Program-made: the position numbers and the translations under genes
Shown here: in pieces, positions 1 to 11,563 of the stretch
Numbering within the stretch: position 1 is the stretch's first letter
Layout: every line of letters begins with the position of its first letter
NCBI GenBank assembly: GCA_965215565.1
Contig: CBDCDZ010000004.1
Span: forward strand, 1,856,001-1,920,000
DNA length: 64,000 nt
From: Trueperaceae bacterium
GTDB lineage: Bacteria; Deinococcota; Deinococci; Deinococcales; Trueperaceae
Direction of reading: 5' to 3'
The notes under the pieces: generated by a model
What the model was told of the DNA's origin: nothing
The model's input: the letters and a program-made list of their open reading frames with translations, nothing else
The model's database searches: none

Positions 1-240
1 CAGGGTGTCCTCATCGTCCATCTTCGCCAGCCGCTCGAACAGTTCGTGCCGTTTCGCCTTTACACTCGCGTAAGCAAGTGCCGCTCTCGCCTCGGTATCG
101 TCACCCCTTTCGGCACGGCTCAGCACCGCCGTTTCGCCGATGAGCGTGAGTTCAACCTCTTCGTCGCCTAGCTGCTCTAAGATACTTTGGGGAAGAATAA
201 TGCCTTTGCTGTTACCGATCTGGCGTACTTTAAGTTTCAT
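1..240 (-). CDS. AbrB/MazE/SpoVT-family antitoxin-like DNA-binding protein (runs off the window edge)
   Basis: Not in the ORF track. Manual translation from ATG at 240 gives MKLKVRQIGNSKGIILPQSILEQLGDEEVELTLIGETAVLSR...RAALAYASVKAKRHELFERLAK..., with the AbrB N-terminal motif xIGNSxGxxLP. Confidence 0.85.
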   Translation of the reverse strand, partial: MKLKVRQIGNSKGIILPQSILEQLGDEEVELTLIGETAVLSRAERGDDTEARAALAYASVKAKRHELFERLAKMDDEDTL

Positions 241-359
241 ACTTTAGTTATAACATAGTTCCAACTACGCGAGTTGAGATAAGCGAACCCGGAGGAGACA
301 GGCTCGAGTTCTACTCAAACCTCGCAACACAGGGCTATACTCGCCTCGGAGGTCACGTC

Positions 360-584
360 GTGCGTAAGAAACTCACTCGAGTCGGCAACTCACAAGCTCT
401 CTTATTAAGCAAAGAGGTGTTGGGACTTCTCAATATTCCCGAAGAGGGCGAGGTTGAGGTGCAGGTTTTAGGTAACGTGATGCTCGTCAGCCCAACAGGT
501 TTGGATGAAAACGAGTTACGCGCCGCGCTCGCCTTTGCAGCGTCGCTCAAAGGGGACGCAAAGGTTTACGAGCGTCTTGCCTGA
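360..584 (+). CDS. AbrB/MazE-family antitoxin-like protein
   Basis: MRKKLTRVGNSQALLLSKE motif, C-terminal YERLA, and upstream TATACT and GGAGG. Confidence 0.8.
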   Translation: MRKKLTRVGNSQALLLSKEVLGLLNIPEEGEVEVQVLGNVMLVSPTGLDENELRAALAFAASLKGDAKVYERLA

Positions 585-590
585 GCCTCG

Positions 591-1220
591 TCACGCCTCG
601 TAGCAACTCCCCAACCACCCCTCCGCCGTGCGCTGCGCCTCACGCGAATAAAGCTGCTCGGTGTCCAATGACACGGGCTGAATCCTGTACCTGTCGGAGA
701 GCCCTTTAAGCGTAAATGTGCGCCGCGCCCCTACCGGACGAGTGCGGTTGCCGTAAACCGCCACCACGCGCACCTCTAGGCGCTGCTCTGTGACCTCGGT
801 GAGCCACGTATCGTGTCCGGCCGAAGAGGTGAGCAGCTCGAACATGTTTTCGAACGTGCCGAGCTGAAAAAACTCGCCAGGTTGCAAGGGTCCTTGCCGC
901 AAGATGTCCTCGATCTGTTTGGGCGTGCTCTCCTGCAGCGAGGTCCGGTTGTAGTCCGTAATCACCGAGCTATGTTCACGTTTATCAATTTGAGCGGCGA
1001 TGCTCACGCATTGAATGTGAATCGGCTCGCTGCTCAGGTTGATGAGCAGGCAGCGGGCGTCTTTGCGGCTCCCCTGCGTCTGGTGGATGATGAGCCGAGG
1101 ACGCCGCTGCCGCTTGTAATCTTGGTAGATGAGTTGCAGATAGATCGCCCATACTAAAAGCGTCGCGACTGAGGTGAGCGCAACGACGATCTCGCTATTT
1201 TGCTGAAGCCAACCCCACAT
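591..1220 (-). CDS. Hypothetical protein with N-terminal membrane anchor
   Basis: 209-aa ORF with one hydrophobic N-terminal helix followed by a basic patch. Confidence 0.65.
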   Translation of the reverse strand: MWGWLQQNSEIVVALTSVATLLVWAIYLQLIYQDYKRQRRPRLIIHQTQGSRKDARCLLINLSSEPIHIQCVSIAAQIDKREHSSVITDYNRTSLQESTPKQIEDILRQGPLQPGEFFQLGTFENMFELLTSSAGHDTWLTEVTEQRLEVRVVAVYGNRTRPVGARRTFTLKGLSDRYRIQPVSLDTEQLYSREAQRTAEGWLGSCYEA

Positions 1221-1277
1221 CTTGACGGTTCCCCTTTGGCGCTTTCAAGGCGGTAGGACGAGCAATTCGTTGGACCT

Positions 1278-2600
<1,323 letters not shown>

Positions 2601-2775
2601 TTATCTCTTTGAAATTCACAGCGCTCCTACTGCGCTCCATTTAGTGTCTCACTCTAACAAACTGCTGCTTGCATAGACTCGAGCCCACCTAACCGTTTTT
2701 CCTGACTAGCCGAACGGCTCTTTCCAACCCACGTTCTTCACCCTTAGTCGTCCGCAAATACGATAGCATCGAGCC

Positions 2776-4875
2776 ATGCCTCCGCAGCGCCCTAAAAAAC
2801 CTGAAGAAGAGGTCATAAATAGGCGCTCGGAGCGTATGCAGCGACTTTTTAGAAGGCTTTTTCGGCGGCTGCCCTCGTCGGAGACCTTGTCGCTCATTTT
2901 GAGCGCGGTGCTCATCGGCATCTTGACGGGGTTTTCGGCGGTGGCGTTCGATAGGCTCGTGCACACTATGGGCACGTTCGTGCACTATTCGCGGGTCAAT
3001 TTGGGCGTCGTCGGCGGACCGCTCGCGACGGTGCTGATTCCGCTTCTAGGCGGACTTTTGGTGACGCCTGTCGTCGTGCGGCTCTCGCCTGACTCGAGGG
3101 GTTCGGGCATCCCCAGCGTGATGCTCGCGGTCTCGAATATGGGCGGGCGCGTGGCGGGGCGCATCGCAGTGTGGCGACCTCTAGCGACGACGCTCTCCAT
3201 CGGCACGGGCGCGTCGCTCGGCACCGAGGGTCCGGTGGTGCAACTCGGCGCGGCGATCGCGTCCATTGTGAGCAGTATTTTCCGGCTCAACGATGAGCGG
3301 CGCAAGAGCCTCGTGGCGGTGGCGGCGGCGGGCGGCATCGCGGCGACGTTCAACGCGCCGATTGCGGGGGTGCTCTTCGCGCTGGAGGTGATTTTGGGGC
3401 AGTTCGGCAACCGCCACTTCGCCTCGGTGGTCATCGGGGCGGTGATGGCGTCGGCGATCTCGAGAGAACTCCTCGGACCCGACCCTGCCTTCGCCGTGCC
3501 TCTTTACGAGTTGAACAGCCTTCTAGAGCTACCTCTTTACGTCCTTTTGGGCATTGTCTGCGCGGTCGCCGCCATCGGCTTTATCCGCCTCGTCGTCGGC
3601 GGCGAAGACCTCTTAAACCGCCTCGCTATCTCGCCCTGGCTGCGCCCGGCGGCGGGCGGCTTGCTCATCGGGCTGATCGCACTCGCGCTGCCGCAGGTCT
3701 TAGGGCGCGGTTACGATACGACGGGCGCAATTTTAAGCGGACGCTCTATTTTTGAAGGGGGCGAACTCGTCGGCGTGGCGCTGCTGCTCGTGCTGGCGCT
3801 CGTCAAGGCGCTCGCCACGAGCGTGTCGCTCGCGTCGTGGGGCTCGGGCGGCATCTTCGCACCTGTGCTGCTCATCGGGGCGGCGCTAGGCGGCGCGTTC
3901 GGCGAGTTGGCAGCGTACCTCTTCCCTACAATCGTGGCTCAACCCGGTGCGTTCGCGCTCGTGGGAATGGGCGCGGTCTTCGCGGGAACGACGCGCTCAC
4001 CGATGAGCACCATCGTGATGATCTTTGAACTCTCGGGGGGCTATCCGCTCATCTTGCCGCTCCTCTTAGCGGCAGTCATCGCGACGCTCATCGCCGATTC
4101 GGTGGACCCCGAGTCCATCTATCAGGTCATCTTGTCGCGCAAAGGGCTGAGCCTCCTGCGCTCCCGCGAATCCGACCTCTTGCAAACGGTAAGCGTGCGC
4201 GAATTTATGGAGGAGGACATCCCTACTTTGCGCACCGACGACACGATCAAAAACTTGCGTGACGCTTTGGCGAATTCGCATCATCACGGTTTCGTGCTGA
4301 CCTCGCCGGATGACCCTGAGCACATCGCGGGCATCGTGACTTTGTCGGATGTGGAGCGGGCGCGGCGTGAGGGCATCCCGCCGCAGTCACCTCTGCGTGT
4401 GATCGCCCACAAAACCGTGCACTGCGCCCTGCCGAACGAGCCCATCAGCGACGTGTTGGAGCGCATGGCGCGGCTCGACATCGGGCGGATGCCGGTGGTG
4501 GACCCACGTGACCGCAGGCGAGCGATAGGCTTCGTGCGGCAGTCGAATTTGGCGAGGGCCTATTACCAAGCCGTGCGGCGGCACCGGCAGCTAGAAGAGG
4601 AGGAGGAAGCGCGGCGGCTGCGCGACTTAACGGGACAAGAGATCGTCGAGGTGCGCGTGCGCGCCTCCTGTCCGCTCGTCGGTAAAACGCTCAAGGAGGC
4701 GGGGCTCCCCCAAGAGAGCATCGTCGTGGCGATTCGGCGCGGCGGTCAGACGGTCTTTCCGCACGGCGATACGAAATTAGAGCCCGGCGACACCGTCGTC
4801 GCCAACGTCGCGCCGGGGTTCAGTCCCGAGTTTCGGGCGCGCTTCACGGCTCCGGGCTCGAGGACTTGGTTTTAA
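2776..4875 (+). CDS. CLC chloride channel / H+/Cl- antiporter with CBS pair and C-terminal TrkA-C (RCK_C) domain
   Basis: GSGIP, GTEGP, FNAPIAG and GGIFAP motifs, CBS region, and IRRGG...PHGDTKLEPGD tail. Confidence 0.92.
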   Translation: MPPQRPKKPEEEVINRRSERMQRLFRRLFRRLPSSETLSLILSAVLIGILTGFSAVAFDRLVHTMGTFVHYSRVNLGVVGGPLATVLIPLLGGLLVTPVVVRLSPDSRGSGIPSVMLAVSNMGGRVAGRIAVWRPLATTLSIGTGASLGTEGPVVQLGAAIASIVSSIFRLNDERRKSLVAVAAAGGIAATFNAPIAGVLFALEVILGQFGNRHFASVVIGAVMASAISRELLGPDPAFAVPLYELNSLLELPLYVLLGIVCAVAAIGFIRLVVGGEDLLNRLAISPWLRPAAGGLLIGLIALALPQVLGRGYDTTGAILSGRSIFEGGELVGVALLLVLALVKALATSVSLASWGSGGIFAPVLLIGAALGGAFGELAAYLFPTIVAQPGAFALVGMGAVFAGTTRSPMSTIVMIFELSGGYPLILPLLLAAVIATLIADSVDPESIYQVILSRKGLSLLRSRESDLLQTVSVREFMEEDIPTLRTDDTIKNLRDALANSHHHGFVLTSPDDPEHIAGIVTLSDVERARREGIPPQSPLRVIAHKTVHCALPNEPISDVLERMARLDIGRMPVVDPRDRRRAIGFVRQSNLARAYYQAVRRHRQLEEEEEARRLRDLTGQEIVEVRVRASCPLVGKTLKEAGLPQESIVVAIRRGGQTVFPHGDTKLEPGDTVVANVAPGFSPEFRARFTAPGSRTWF

Positions 4876-4881
4876 GAAACT

Positions 4882-4927
4882 AGCAATGACAAAGCAATGA
4901 GCAACGACAAAGTCTTTTACTCATTGC
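4882..4927. repeat. AGCAATGAG/CTCATTGC short repeat cluster (copy 1)
   Basis: agcaatgacaaagcaatgagcaacga...ctcattgc. A related inverted cluster lies at about 5934-5988. Confidence 0.45.
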
Positions 4928-5073
4928 ACACCGTTTCGCTTCGCCGCTTTGCTCCCACTAGGCGAAAACTTCGTAATCGTTCCTACGGCTAGTGGCTAGC
5001 GGGAGCGCACCACGCGACAGCGTATGCGACTGTACTGCGTAACTAACTCAACTGAATTGCTCCTTGCTTTCAA

Positions 5074-5206
5074 TAGCAGGTATCATCTGGTCTGAGACAC
5101 CCTCATTGTAGAAAACACTGTTTTGCCTTGCGAAAACTCCGTAATTAGCACGCGCTTTGTAAGATGATATCTGCGGCACTCTTTCTCAGTATGTTTTGGA
5201 AGTGCT
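5074..5206 (+). repeat. Miniature inverted-repeat element, copy A
   Basis: tagcaggtatcatct...agatgatatctgc (to 5174), plus a tail ctcagtatgttttggaa.tgct shared with copy B. Confidence 0.8.
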
Positions 5207-5254
5207 ACAACTTTCGCATGGGTATGAAGACGCTTCTTGACGCGGCCCCAGACC

Positions 5255-5878
5255 TCACGAACCGTTCTTAGCTTTCCACTCCTCGTAGCTCTTTCTGTCA
5301 TCCTCGAATAGCTCCCTCGTGCGGGTGTAGAAACTCCCACCCAAACGCCCGATAGCCCGGAGCTTACGCGGGTCAATCTTGCTCTCTTCCAGTAGGTCGT
5401 CTTGCACATGGAACGAGACTACTTCGCCTAATATGAGCGTCGAGGAGCCGAGTTCAACGAGTTGATGCGTGCGACACTCCATCGCGACGGGCGCATCTTT
5501 AAGACGAGGGACTTTCACAACCTCGCTCGGGCTCGTCTCCAGGTTCAACGCTCCCACCTCGCCCTCGTCGGAAGGAAACGGAATCGAGGTTTCCACCATC
5601 GTCTCAGCGAGGGTTTCGTTCACGATATGCACGACGAACTCGCCCTTCGCTTTGATGTTCGCCAAGGTGTCCTTGTCCTCCCCTTCTCGGCGCTTGCCGA
5701 TACCGATACCTAAAATGGGTGGCGTCGCGCCAAACACGTTGAAGTAGCTGAAAGGGGCGGCGTTCAGGACGCCCGCGCCGTCTTCACTTGTCACCCAAGC
5801 GATCGGGCGCGGCACGACGGCGCTAGTTAAGAGGGCGTAGCGTTCGGCGTTGTCTAGGGAGTCGGCGAGAATATTCAC
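5255..5878 (-). CDS. Flavin reductase family (FMN-binding split barrel) protein
   Basis: VVPRPIAWVTS, NAAPFSYFN and KDTLANI motifs. Start moved to GTG 5878, which has TACACT 6 nt upstream. Confidence 0.9.
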   Translation of the reverse strand: MNILADSLDNAERYALLTSAVVPRPIAWVTSEDGAGVLNAAPFSYFNVFGATPPILGIGIGKRREGEDKDTLANIKAKGEFVVHIVNETLAETMVETSIPFPSDEGEVGALNLETSPSEVVKVPRLKDAPVAMECRTHQLVELGSSTLILGEVVSFHVQDDLLEESKIDPRKLRAIGRLGGSFYTRTRELFEDDRKSYEEWKAKNGS

Positions 5879-5933
5879 TACGAGAGTGTAACGGGGTGGG
5901 GCGGGGGCAGAGGTGGAGGGAGCGAACAATAGG

Positions 5934-5988
5934 GAGCAATGAGCTTAAAGCCTTTCACTCATTGCTCGTTGCTTTGAACTCATTGCTT
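5934..5988. repeat. AGCAATGAG/CTCATTGC short repeat cluster (copy 2)
   Basis: gagcaatgag...ctcattgctcgttgctttgaactcattgct; its reverse complement resembles 4882-4907. Confidence 0.45.
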
Positions 5989-6472
5989 CTTCACCTATGA
6001 AAAACCTTACAGCGCGAGAGCGGACGCGGAGTACCCTCTCAACTGAGCGTTCACCTCCCATTTTGTACCCTAAAATCTTGGTACGCTGATACTGGGAGCG
6101 GACTTGATATCCTACCGAAATACTCGGCTATATCGCGTCTCGTTCTTAGAAGCGTGAGGACATATGTCCTGTTTGACCAGGGGGACAAATATGTTACGTT
6201 TAGCGTAGCCTCATACACGTGTGGCAACGCAAAACGACCGGCTAAGACAGGCACGACTTTTGGGCGTCCGCTTCGCGAAGACGCTCATAGCTGAGCAGAG
6301 GAGGCTCTAAGCTGCACAACCTAGGCAGGCACGTAAAATTCTCTACTTTTTTCCGCCACCCTTCTAGGGATTTGGCTGCTTTTGCTTTTTCTGCAAACAG
6401 CACATCAAACGGTAACGTTATACGCGAAAGGTTTTATTTTATGAATCATCCAAGTAAGGGTAAGGAGGTCTA

Positions 6473-7126
6473 ATGCCTCAACATTTCCCCCCCAACGCGA
6501 ACTCGTTCGCCAAGTGGAGCATCATCGGCGGCGTGATTTTTATCCTCGTACTCGCCACTGCGCTCACCGCGTACGCAAGGACGACGCGCAACCGTGTGGG
6601 CGTCGCCGTGGCGCAGCCCGTCGGCTTTCAGCACTCGCTCCACGCGGGCGAGTTGGGCGTCGATTGCCGCTACTGCCACAACTCGGTCGAGGTGGCGGCG
6701 TACGCGAACGTGCCCCCTACCGAAGTCTGCATGACTTGCCACTCACAGATTCGCGTGGGCGCGCCGCAGCTCTCCGCCGTCTACGAATCGTGGGAGACGG
6801 AGACGCCCATCGAGTGGAACAAGGTCCACGACTTAGCGGACTTCGTCTACTTCAACCACAGCGCGCACATCAACAACGGCGTGGGCTGTAACCACTGCCA
6901 CGGGCGTGTGGACCAGATGTCGGCGATCTGGAAAGAGGAGCCGATGACGATGGGCTGGTGCTTGGAATGTCACCGCGCACCGGAGAAATACGTGCGCCCC
7001 AAAGAAGAGGTCTTCAACCTCGCGTATGAGCCGCCTACGAACCAGCTCGAGCTAGGACGCAGCTTGGTCAAGAGCTATCACATCAACGCAGACGCGATGG
7101 CGAACTGCTCGTACTGCCACAGATAA
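6473..7126 (+). CDS. actA: Alternative complex III pentaheme cytochrome c subunit
   Basis: One TM helix and five CxxCH motifs (CRYCH, CMTCH, CNHCH, CLECH, CSYCH). Confidence 0.93.
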   Translation: MPQHFPPNANSFAKWSIIGGVIFILVLATALTAYARTTRNRVGVAVAQPVGFQHSLHAGELGVDCRYCHNSVEVAAYANVPPTEVCMTCHSQIRVGAPQLSAVYESWETETPIEWNKVHDLADFVYFNHSAHINNGVGCNHCHGRVDQMSAIWKEEPMTMGWCLECHRAPEKYVRPKEEVFNLAYEPPTNQLELGRSLVKSYHINADAMANCSYCHR

Positions 7127-7136
7127 TGGACGCCTT

Positions 7137-10100
7137 ATGGATGAACTAAAAACACCTCACGACCCTCTAACCGCCCCCGGCACAAAACTGGACATGGGCG
7201 AAATCCGCGAGAAGCTGGCCAACAAAAAAGGTCAGGCGTACTGGCGCAGCTTGGAAGAACTCGCTGAGACACCCGAGTTCGACGAGTTTATGCAGAAGGA
7301 GTTCCCGCGTCAAGCTGCGCCGATGGTCAACGGTGTAGACCGCCGCGACTTCATGAAGCTCTTGGGCGCGTCGCTCGCGCTCGCTGGGCTGACCTCTTGT
7401 GTGCGCCCCTACCGGCAAGAAAAGATCGTCCCCTACGTCAAAGCGCCCGAAGAACTCATCCCCGGTGTGCCTGTACACTACGCGAGTGCCCTCACGCAGG
7501 GTGGCTTCGCGAAAGGCGTTTTAGTCGAGAACCACCAAGGACGCCCCACCAAGATCGAGGGCAACCCCGACCACCCCGCGAGCTTGGGCGCGACGGACGC
7601 CATCATGCAAGCCGCTACACTCTCCCTCTACGACCCAGACCGCTCGCAAATTACGATCAACAGCGGCAACCCGAGCACTTACACCGACTTTACCGAGACC
7701 TTGACCGGGACGCTCGGTGGCATCGGCGACGGCGCGGGGCTGCACATCCTCACGGAGACCATCACATCGCCTGTGATGGCGGAGCAGCTCGCGCAGGTCT
7801 TGCGCACCTATCCGCAGGCGCAGTGGCACCAGTTCGACCCTGCCTACAGCGACGGCGTCCGCCAGGGTGCACAGCTCGCCTTTGGTGAAGACGTGCAGAC
7901 GCGCTACGACTTTTCGGAGGCGAACGTCGTCCTCTCGCTCAGCGCGGACTTTTTGGGTACGGGCGAGGGCAAGCTCAACTACACGAAGGGCTTCTCGCAG
8001 AAGCGGCGCGTGCGTAGCGCCGAAGACGACATGAACCGCGTGTACGTCGCCGAGAGCACGCCGTCCATCACGGGCAGCATGGCGGACCACCGCTTGGCAC
8101 TAAGCACGCAGCAGATCGAGCAGCTTGCGCGAGCGGTCGCTTCGCAACTCGGTGTTTCTGTCGGAGAAGTGTCCGCACCCGAAGGTGTGCCCGCCGAGTG
8201 GGTAAGTGCTGTTGTCGAAGACCTGCAGAATGCCCAAGGAAGCAGCGTCGTCGTAGCGGGCGACGAGCAGTCGCCACTGGTGCACGCGCTCGCGCACGCA
8301 ATGAATAACGCACTTGGCAACGTCGGGCAGACGGTCATGTATACGGACCCCGTCGTGGCGCGCACGGACAATCAGCTCGAGTCCATGCGCACCCTCACTG
8401 ACGCGATGGCAGCAGGCGAGGTCCAAGCCCTCCTGATGGTGGGCGGCAACCCCGTCTACAACGCGCCAGCAGATTTGAACTTCGCTGAGGCACTCTCGAG
8501 GGTTCCTCTGAGCGTTCACTTAGCGCCCTACTACGACGAGACCTCGGTGCGCAGCACCTGGCACGTGCCCATCACCCACGAGTTGGAGATGTGGAGTGAC
8601 GCAAGGGCGTTCGACGGCACCGTCACCATCATTCAACCGCTCATTGCACCTTTCTACAACGGCGTTTCACCCCACGAATTCCTCTCCGCCGTCTTAGGTC
8701 AACCGGACACGGCGGGTTACGACGTCGTCCGCAGCTTCTACCAGGAGCGCGCCGAAGGCAACTTCGACGTGTTCTGGCGCGACGCGATGTATAGAGGTGT
8801 ATTGCAAGGAACGGCGGCTCAACCCAAAGAGGTCTCTATACAAGGAGATTTCTCAGGGCAGAGCGCCCAAGCTGGGAGCGAAGGTTTAGAAGTCACCTTC
8901 CGTTTAGACCCGAGCGTTTACGATGGGCGCTACGCCAACATCGGTTGGTTGCAGGAATTACCGAATCCCTTTACCAAGCTCACCTGGGACAACGCGGCGT
9001 TCATCAGCCCCGCGCTTGCCGAGCAGCGCGGACTTTCGAACCAAGACGTCGTCACGCTGACTTTCGAAGGGCGCAGCGTCCGCGCGCCGGTCTGGATCAT
9101 GCCCGGTCAGGCGGAGAACGTCGTGACGCTTCATCTAGGTTACGGACGCGAGAACGTCGGGCATATCGGCAACGGCACGGGCTTTAACGCCTACTTGCTC
9201 CGCACGACGGGTACGCCCTGGAACGGTCAGGGCTTACAGATGGAGCCGACCGAGGAGCGCTACCAACTCGTCAGCACGCAGATGCACCACGCGATGTTCG
9301 AAGACGGCGTCGAAGCGCGCCACATCGTTCGGCACGGCACCCTAGCCGAACTCAAGGCGCACCCCGAGCACCCCGAGTTCGTCCACCCCGTCGAGCACCA
9401 CGACTACGACCTCTACGCGGACTACAGCTACCCCGATCACGCCTGGGGCATGGTGGTGGACATGAACACCTGCACGGGCTGCAACGCCTGCGTGACCGCC
9501 TGCCAGTCGGAAAACAACATTCCGATCGTCGGCAAGCAACAGGTTTCGGTAGGGCGTGAGATGCAGTGGATTCGCGTGGACTCGTACTACGGCGGCTCCT
9601 TCGACGACCCCGAGTTCTACCACCAGCCGATGATGTGTCAGCACTGCGAGCAAGCGCCTTGTGAGCCCGTCTGTCCGGTCGGCGCAACCGTCCACGACCA
9701 CGAGGGTTTGAACGTCATGGTCTACAACCGCTGCGTCGGCACGCGCTACTGCTCGAACAACTGCCCCTACAAGGTGCGCCGTTTCAACTTCTTGCAGTAC
9801 GCCGAGTTAGAGGAGACCTCGCTGGCGATGTTGCAAAACCCCAACGTGACGGTGCGCAGCCGTGGCGTCATGGAAAAGTGCACCTTCTGCATCCAGCGCA
9901 TCAAGACGGGCACGCTCAACGCGAGCAACGAAAACCGCGAGATTCAAGACGGCGACATCGTCGTGGCGTGCCAGTCGGCGTGCCCGGCGGAAGCCATCGT
10001 CTTCGGCGACATCAACGATTTAGAGAGCCAAGTCGCGAAAGACAAAGCCTCGGTTCTGAACTACGGCGTCTTAACCGAACTCAACACGGTGCCGCGCACG

Positions 10101-10166
10101 ACCTATCTCGCTAAGGTTAAAAACCCCAATCCCGCGCTCACAAGCGCCGAGTCAGGAGCGCACTAA
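7137..10166 (+). CDS. actB: Alternative complex III molybdopterin-oxidoreductase-like / Fe-S subunit
   Basis: YWRSLEEL, TAT motif RRDFMKLLG, GRPTKIEGNPDHP, and C-terminal ferredoxin Cys motifs (CTGCNAC, CQHC..PC, CVGTRYC, CTFC). Confidence 0.95.
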   Translation: MDELKTPHDPLTAPGTKLDMGEIREKLANKKGQAYWRSLEELAETPEFDEFMQKEFPRQAAPMVNGVDRRDFMKLLGASLALAGLTSCVRPYRQEKIVPYVKAPEELIPGVPVHYASALTQGGFAKGVLVENHQGRPTKIEGNPDHPASLGATDAIMQAATLSLYDPDRSQITINSGNPSTYTDFTETLTGTLGGIGDGAGLHILTETITSPVMAEQLAQVLRTYPQAQWHQFDPAYSDGVRQGAQLAFGEDVQTRYDFSEANVVLSLSADFLGTGEGKLNYTKGFSQKRRVRSAEDDMNRVYVAESTPSITGSMADHRLALSTQQIEQLARAVASQLGVSVGEVSAPEGVPAEWVSAVVEDLQNAQGSSVVVAGDEQSPLVHALAHAMNNALGNVGQTVMYTDPVVARTDNQLESMRTLTDAMAAGEVQALLMVGGNPVYNAPADLNFAEALSRVPLSVHLAPYYDETSVRSTWHVPITHELEMWSDARAFDGTVTIIQPLIAPFYNGVSPHEFLSAVLGQPDTAGYDVVRSFYQERAEGNFDVFWRDAMYRGVLQGTAAQPKEVSIQGDFSGQSAQAGSEGLEVTFRLDPSVYDGRYANIGWLQELPNPFTKLTWDNAAFISPALAEQRGLSNQDVVTLTFEGRSVRAPVWIMPGQAENVVTLHLGYGRENVGHIGNGTGFNAYLLRTTGTPWNGQGLQMEPTEERYQLVSTQMHHAMFEDGVEARHIVRHGTLAELKAHPEHPEFVHPVEHHDYDLYADYSYPDHAWGMVVDMNTCTGCNACVTACQSENNIPIVGKQQVSVGREMQWIRVDSYYGGSFDDPEFYHQPMMCQHCEQAPCEPVCPVGATVHDHEGLNVMVYNRCVGTRYCSNNCPYKVRRFNFLQYAELEETSLAMLQNPNVTVRSRGVMEKCTFCIQRIKTGTLNASNENREIQDGDIVVACQSACPAEAIVFGDINDLESQVAKDKASVLNYGVLTELNTVPRTTYLAKVKNPNPALTSAESGAH

Positions 10167-11563
10167 TGGCGGTTAAAAGTCCAAAAACGCGCGGCAGACC
10201 CGTCGAGACCGACCGCGTTATCGCGCCGGGGCAGACGTACGGGAGCGTTGACGACGTTGTCAACAAGCCCATCTTAAAGGGTCCCTTCGCAACACCGATC
10301 TGGTGGTTCGTCGGCTTCGGCGTCGCTTTCACGCTGCTGATGGTCTACCTCTACTCGATTACCACACTCATCATTCGCGGCACGGGCATCTGGGGCAACA
10401 ACGTTCCCGTCGCTTGGGGCTTTCCCATCATCAACTTCGTGTGGTGGATCGGGATTGGGCACGCGGGTACGCTCATCTCGGCGATTTTGCTCCTGTTCCG
10501 GCAAGATTGGCGCACATCTATCAACCGCTTCGCGGAGGCGATGACGCTCTTCGCGGTTGCGTGCGCAGGTCTCTACCCGATTCTTCACTTGGGCCGTCCT
10601 TGGGTCTTCTACTGGCTCGTGCCCTACCCCAACACCTTCGGGCTCTTTCCGCAGTTTCGCAGCCCGTTAGACTGGGACTTCTTCGCGATTTCAACCTACG
10701 CGAGCGTCTCGCTGCTGTTCTGGTACATCGGTTTGGTCCCTGACCTTGCAACCGTACGCGACAAAGCGTCGAACAACTTCATGCGCATCTTCTACGGCAC
10801 GCTCGCCCTGGGCTGGCGCGGCTCGGCAAAGCACTGGCAGCGCTATCAGCGGGCGTACCTGCTCTTAGGTGCCCTCTCGACGCCGCTCGTGCTGTCCGTT
10901 CACAGTACGATTGCGATGGACTTCGCCGTGGCGGTTATGCCGGGCTGGAACAACACGATTGCGCCGCCCTACTTCGTGGCGGGCGCGGTTTACGCCGGGT
11001 TCGCGATGGTGCTCATTCTCGCGATTCCGCTGCGCTACGTGTTCGGGCTTCAAGGGCTCATCACCAAGAAGCACCTAGACAACTGCGCCAAGGTTATGCT
11101 CGCAACGGGTCTCATCGTCTGTTACGGCTATATGATCGAGGTCTTTATCGCCTGGTACTCGGGCGCTGAGGTCGAGCAGTACATGATCGTCAACCGGATG
11201 TTCGGCGAGTATGGCTGGGCGTTCTGGGCGCTCATATTCTGTAACTTCGCGTGTATTCAGCCGCTCTGGTCCAAACGTGTGCGCAGCTCGCAGACCGCGC
11301 TCTTTATCATCTCGATGATCGTCTCGGTAGGGATGTGGTTAGAGCGCTACGTCATTATCGCGATCAGCTTGACGCGCGACTGGCTCCCCTCCTCCTGGGA
11401 CGTGTACAACCCCACCGTGTGGGACTGGTCACTCTATATCGGCTCATTCGGGCTCTTCTTGACCCTATTCTTTCTCTTTATACGCTTGCTGCCGTCTATC
11501 GCCACGAGCGAGATCAAAGAGTTGGTCCACGAGGACGCTCATAGCGCGGAAGGAGGGCACTGA
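10166..11563 (+). CDS. actC: Alternative complex III NrfD/PsrC-like quinol-binding membrane subunit
   Basis: FVWWIGIGHAGTLISA, RFAEAMT, HLGRPW and SPLDWD motifs. Confidence 0.95.
   Translation: MAVKSPKTRGRPVETDRVIAPGQTYGSVDDVVNKPILKGPFATPIWWFVGFGVAFTLLMVYLYSITTLIIRGTGIWGNNVPVAWGFPIINFVWWIGIGHAGTLISAILLLFRQDWRTSINRFAEAMTLFAVACAGLYPILHLGRPWVFYWLVPYPNTFGLFPQFRSPLDWDFFAISTYASVSLLFWYIGLVPDLATVRDKASNNFMRIFYGTLALGWRGSAKHWQRYQRAYLLLGALSTPLVLSVHSTIAMDFAVAVMPGWNNTIAPPYFVAGAVYAGFAMVLILAIPLRYVFGLQGLITKKHLDNCAKVMLATGLIVCYGYMIEVFIAWYSGAEVEQYMIVNRMFGEYGWAFWALIFCNFACIQPLWSKRVRSSQTALFIISMIVSVGMWLERYVIIAISLTRDWLPSSWDVYNPTVWDWSLYIGSFGLFLTLFFLFIRLLPSIATSEIKELVHEDAHSAEGGH

Noticed and set aside
5990..6472. Long region upstream of actA as an ncRNA, FNR site or the 67-aa ORF 6051-6254
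   Set aside because: No convincing structure, consensus site or coding signature.
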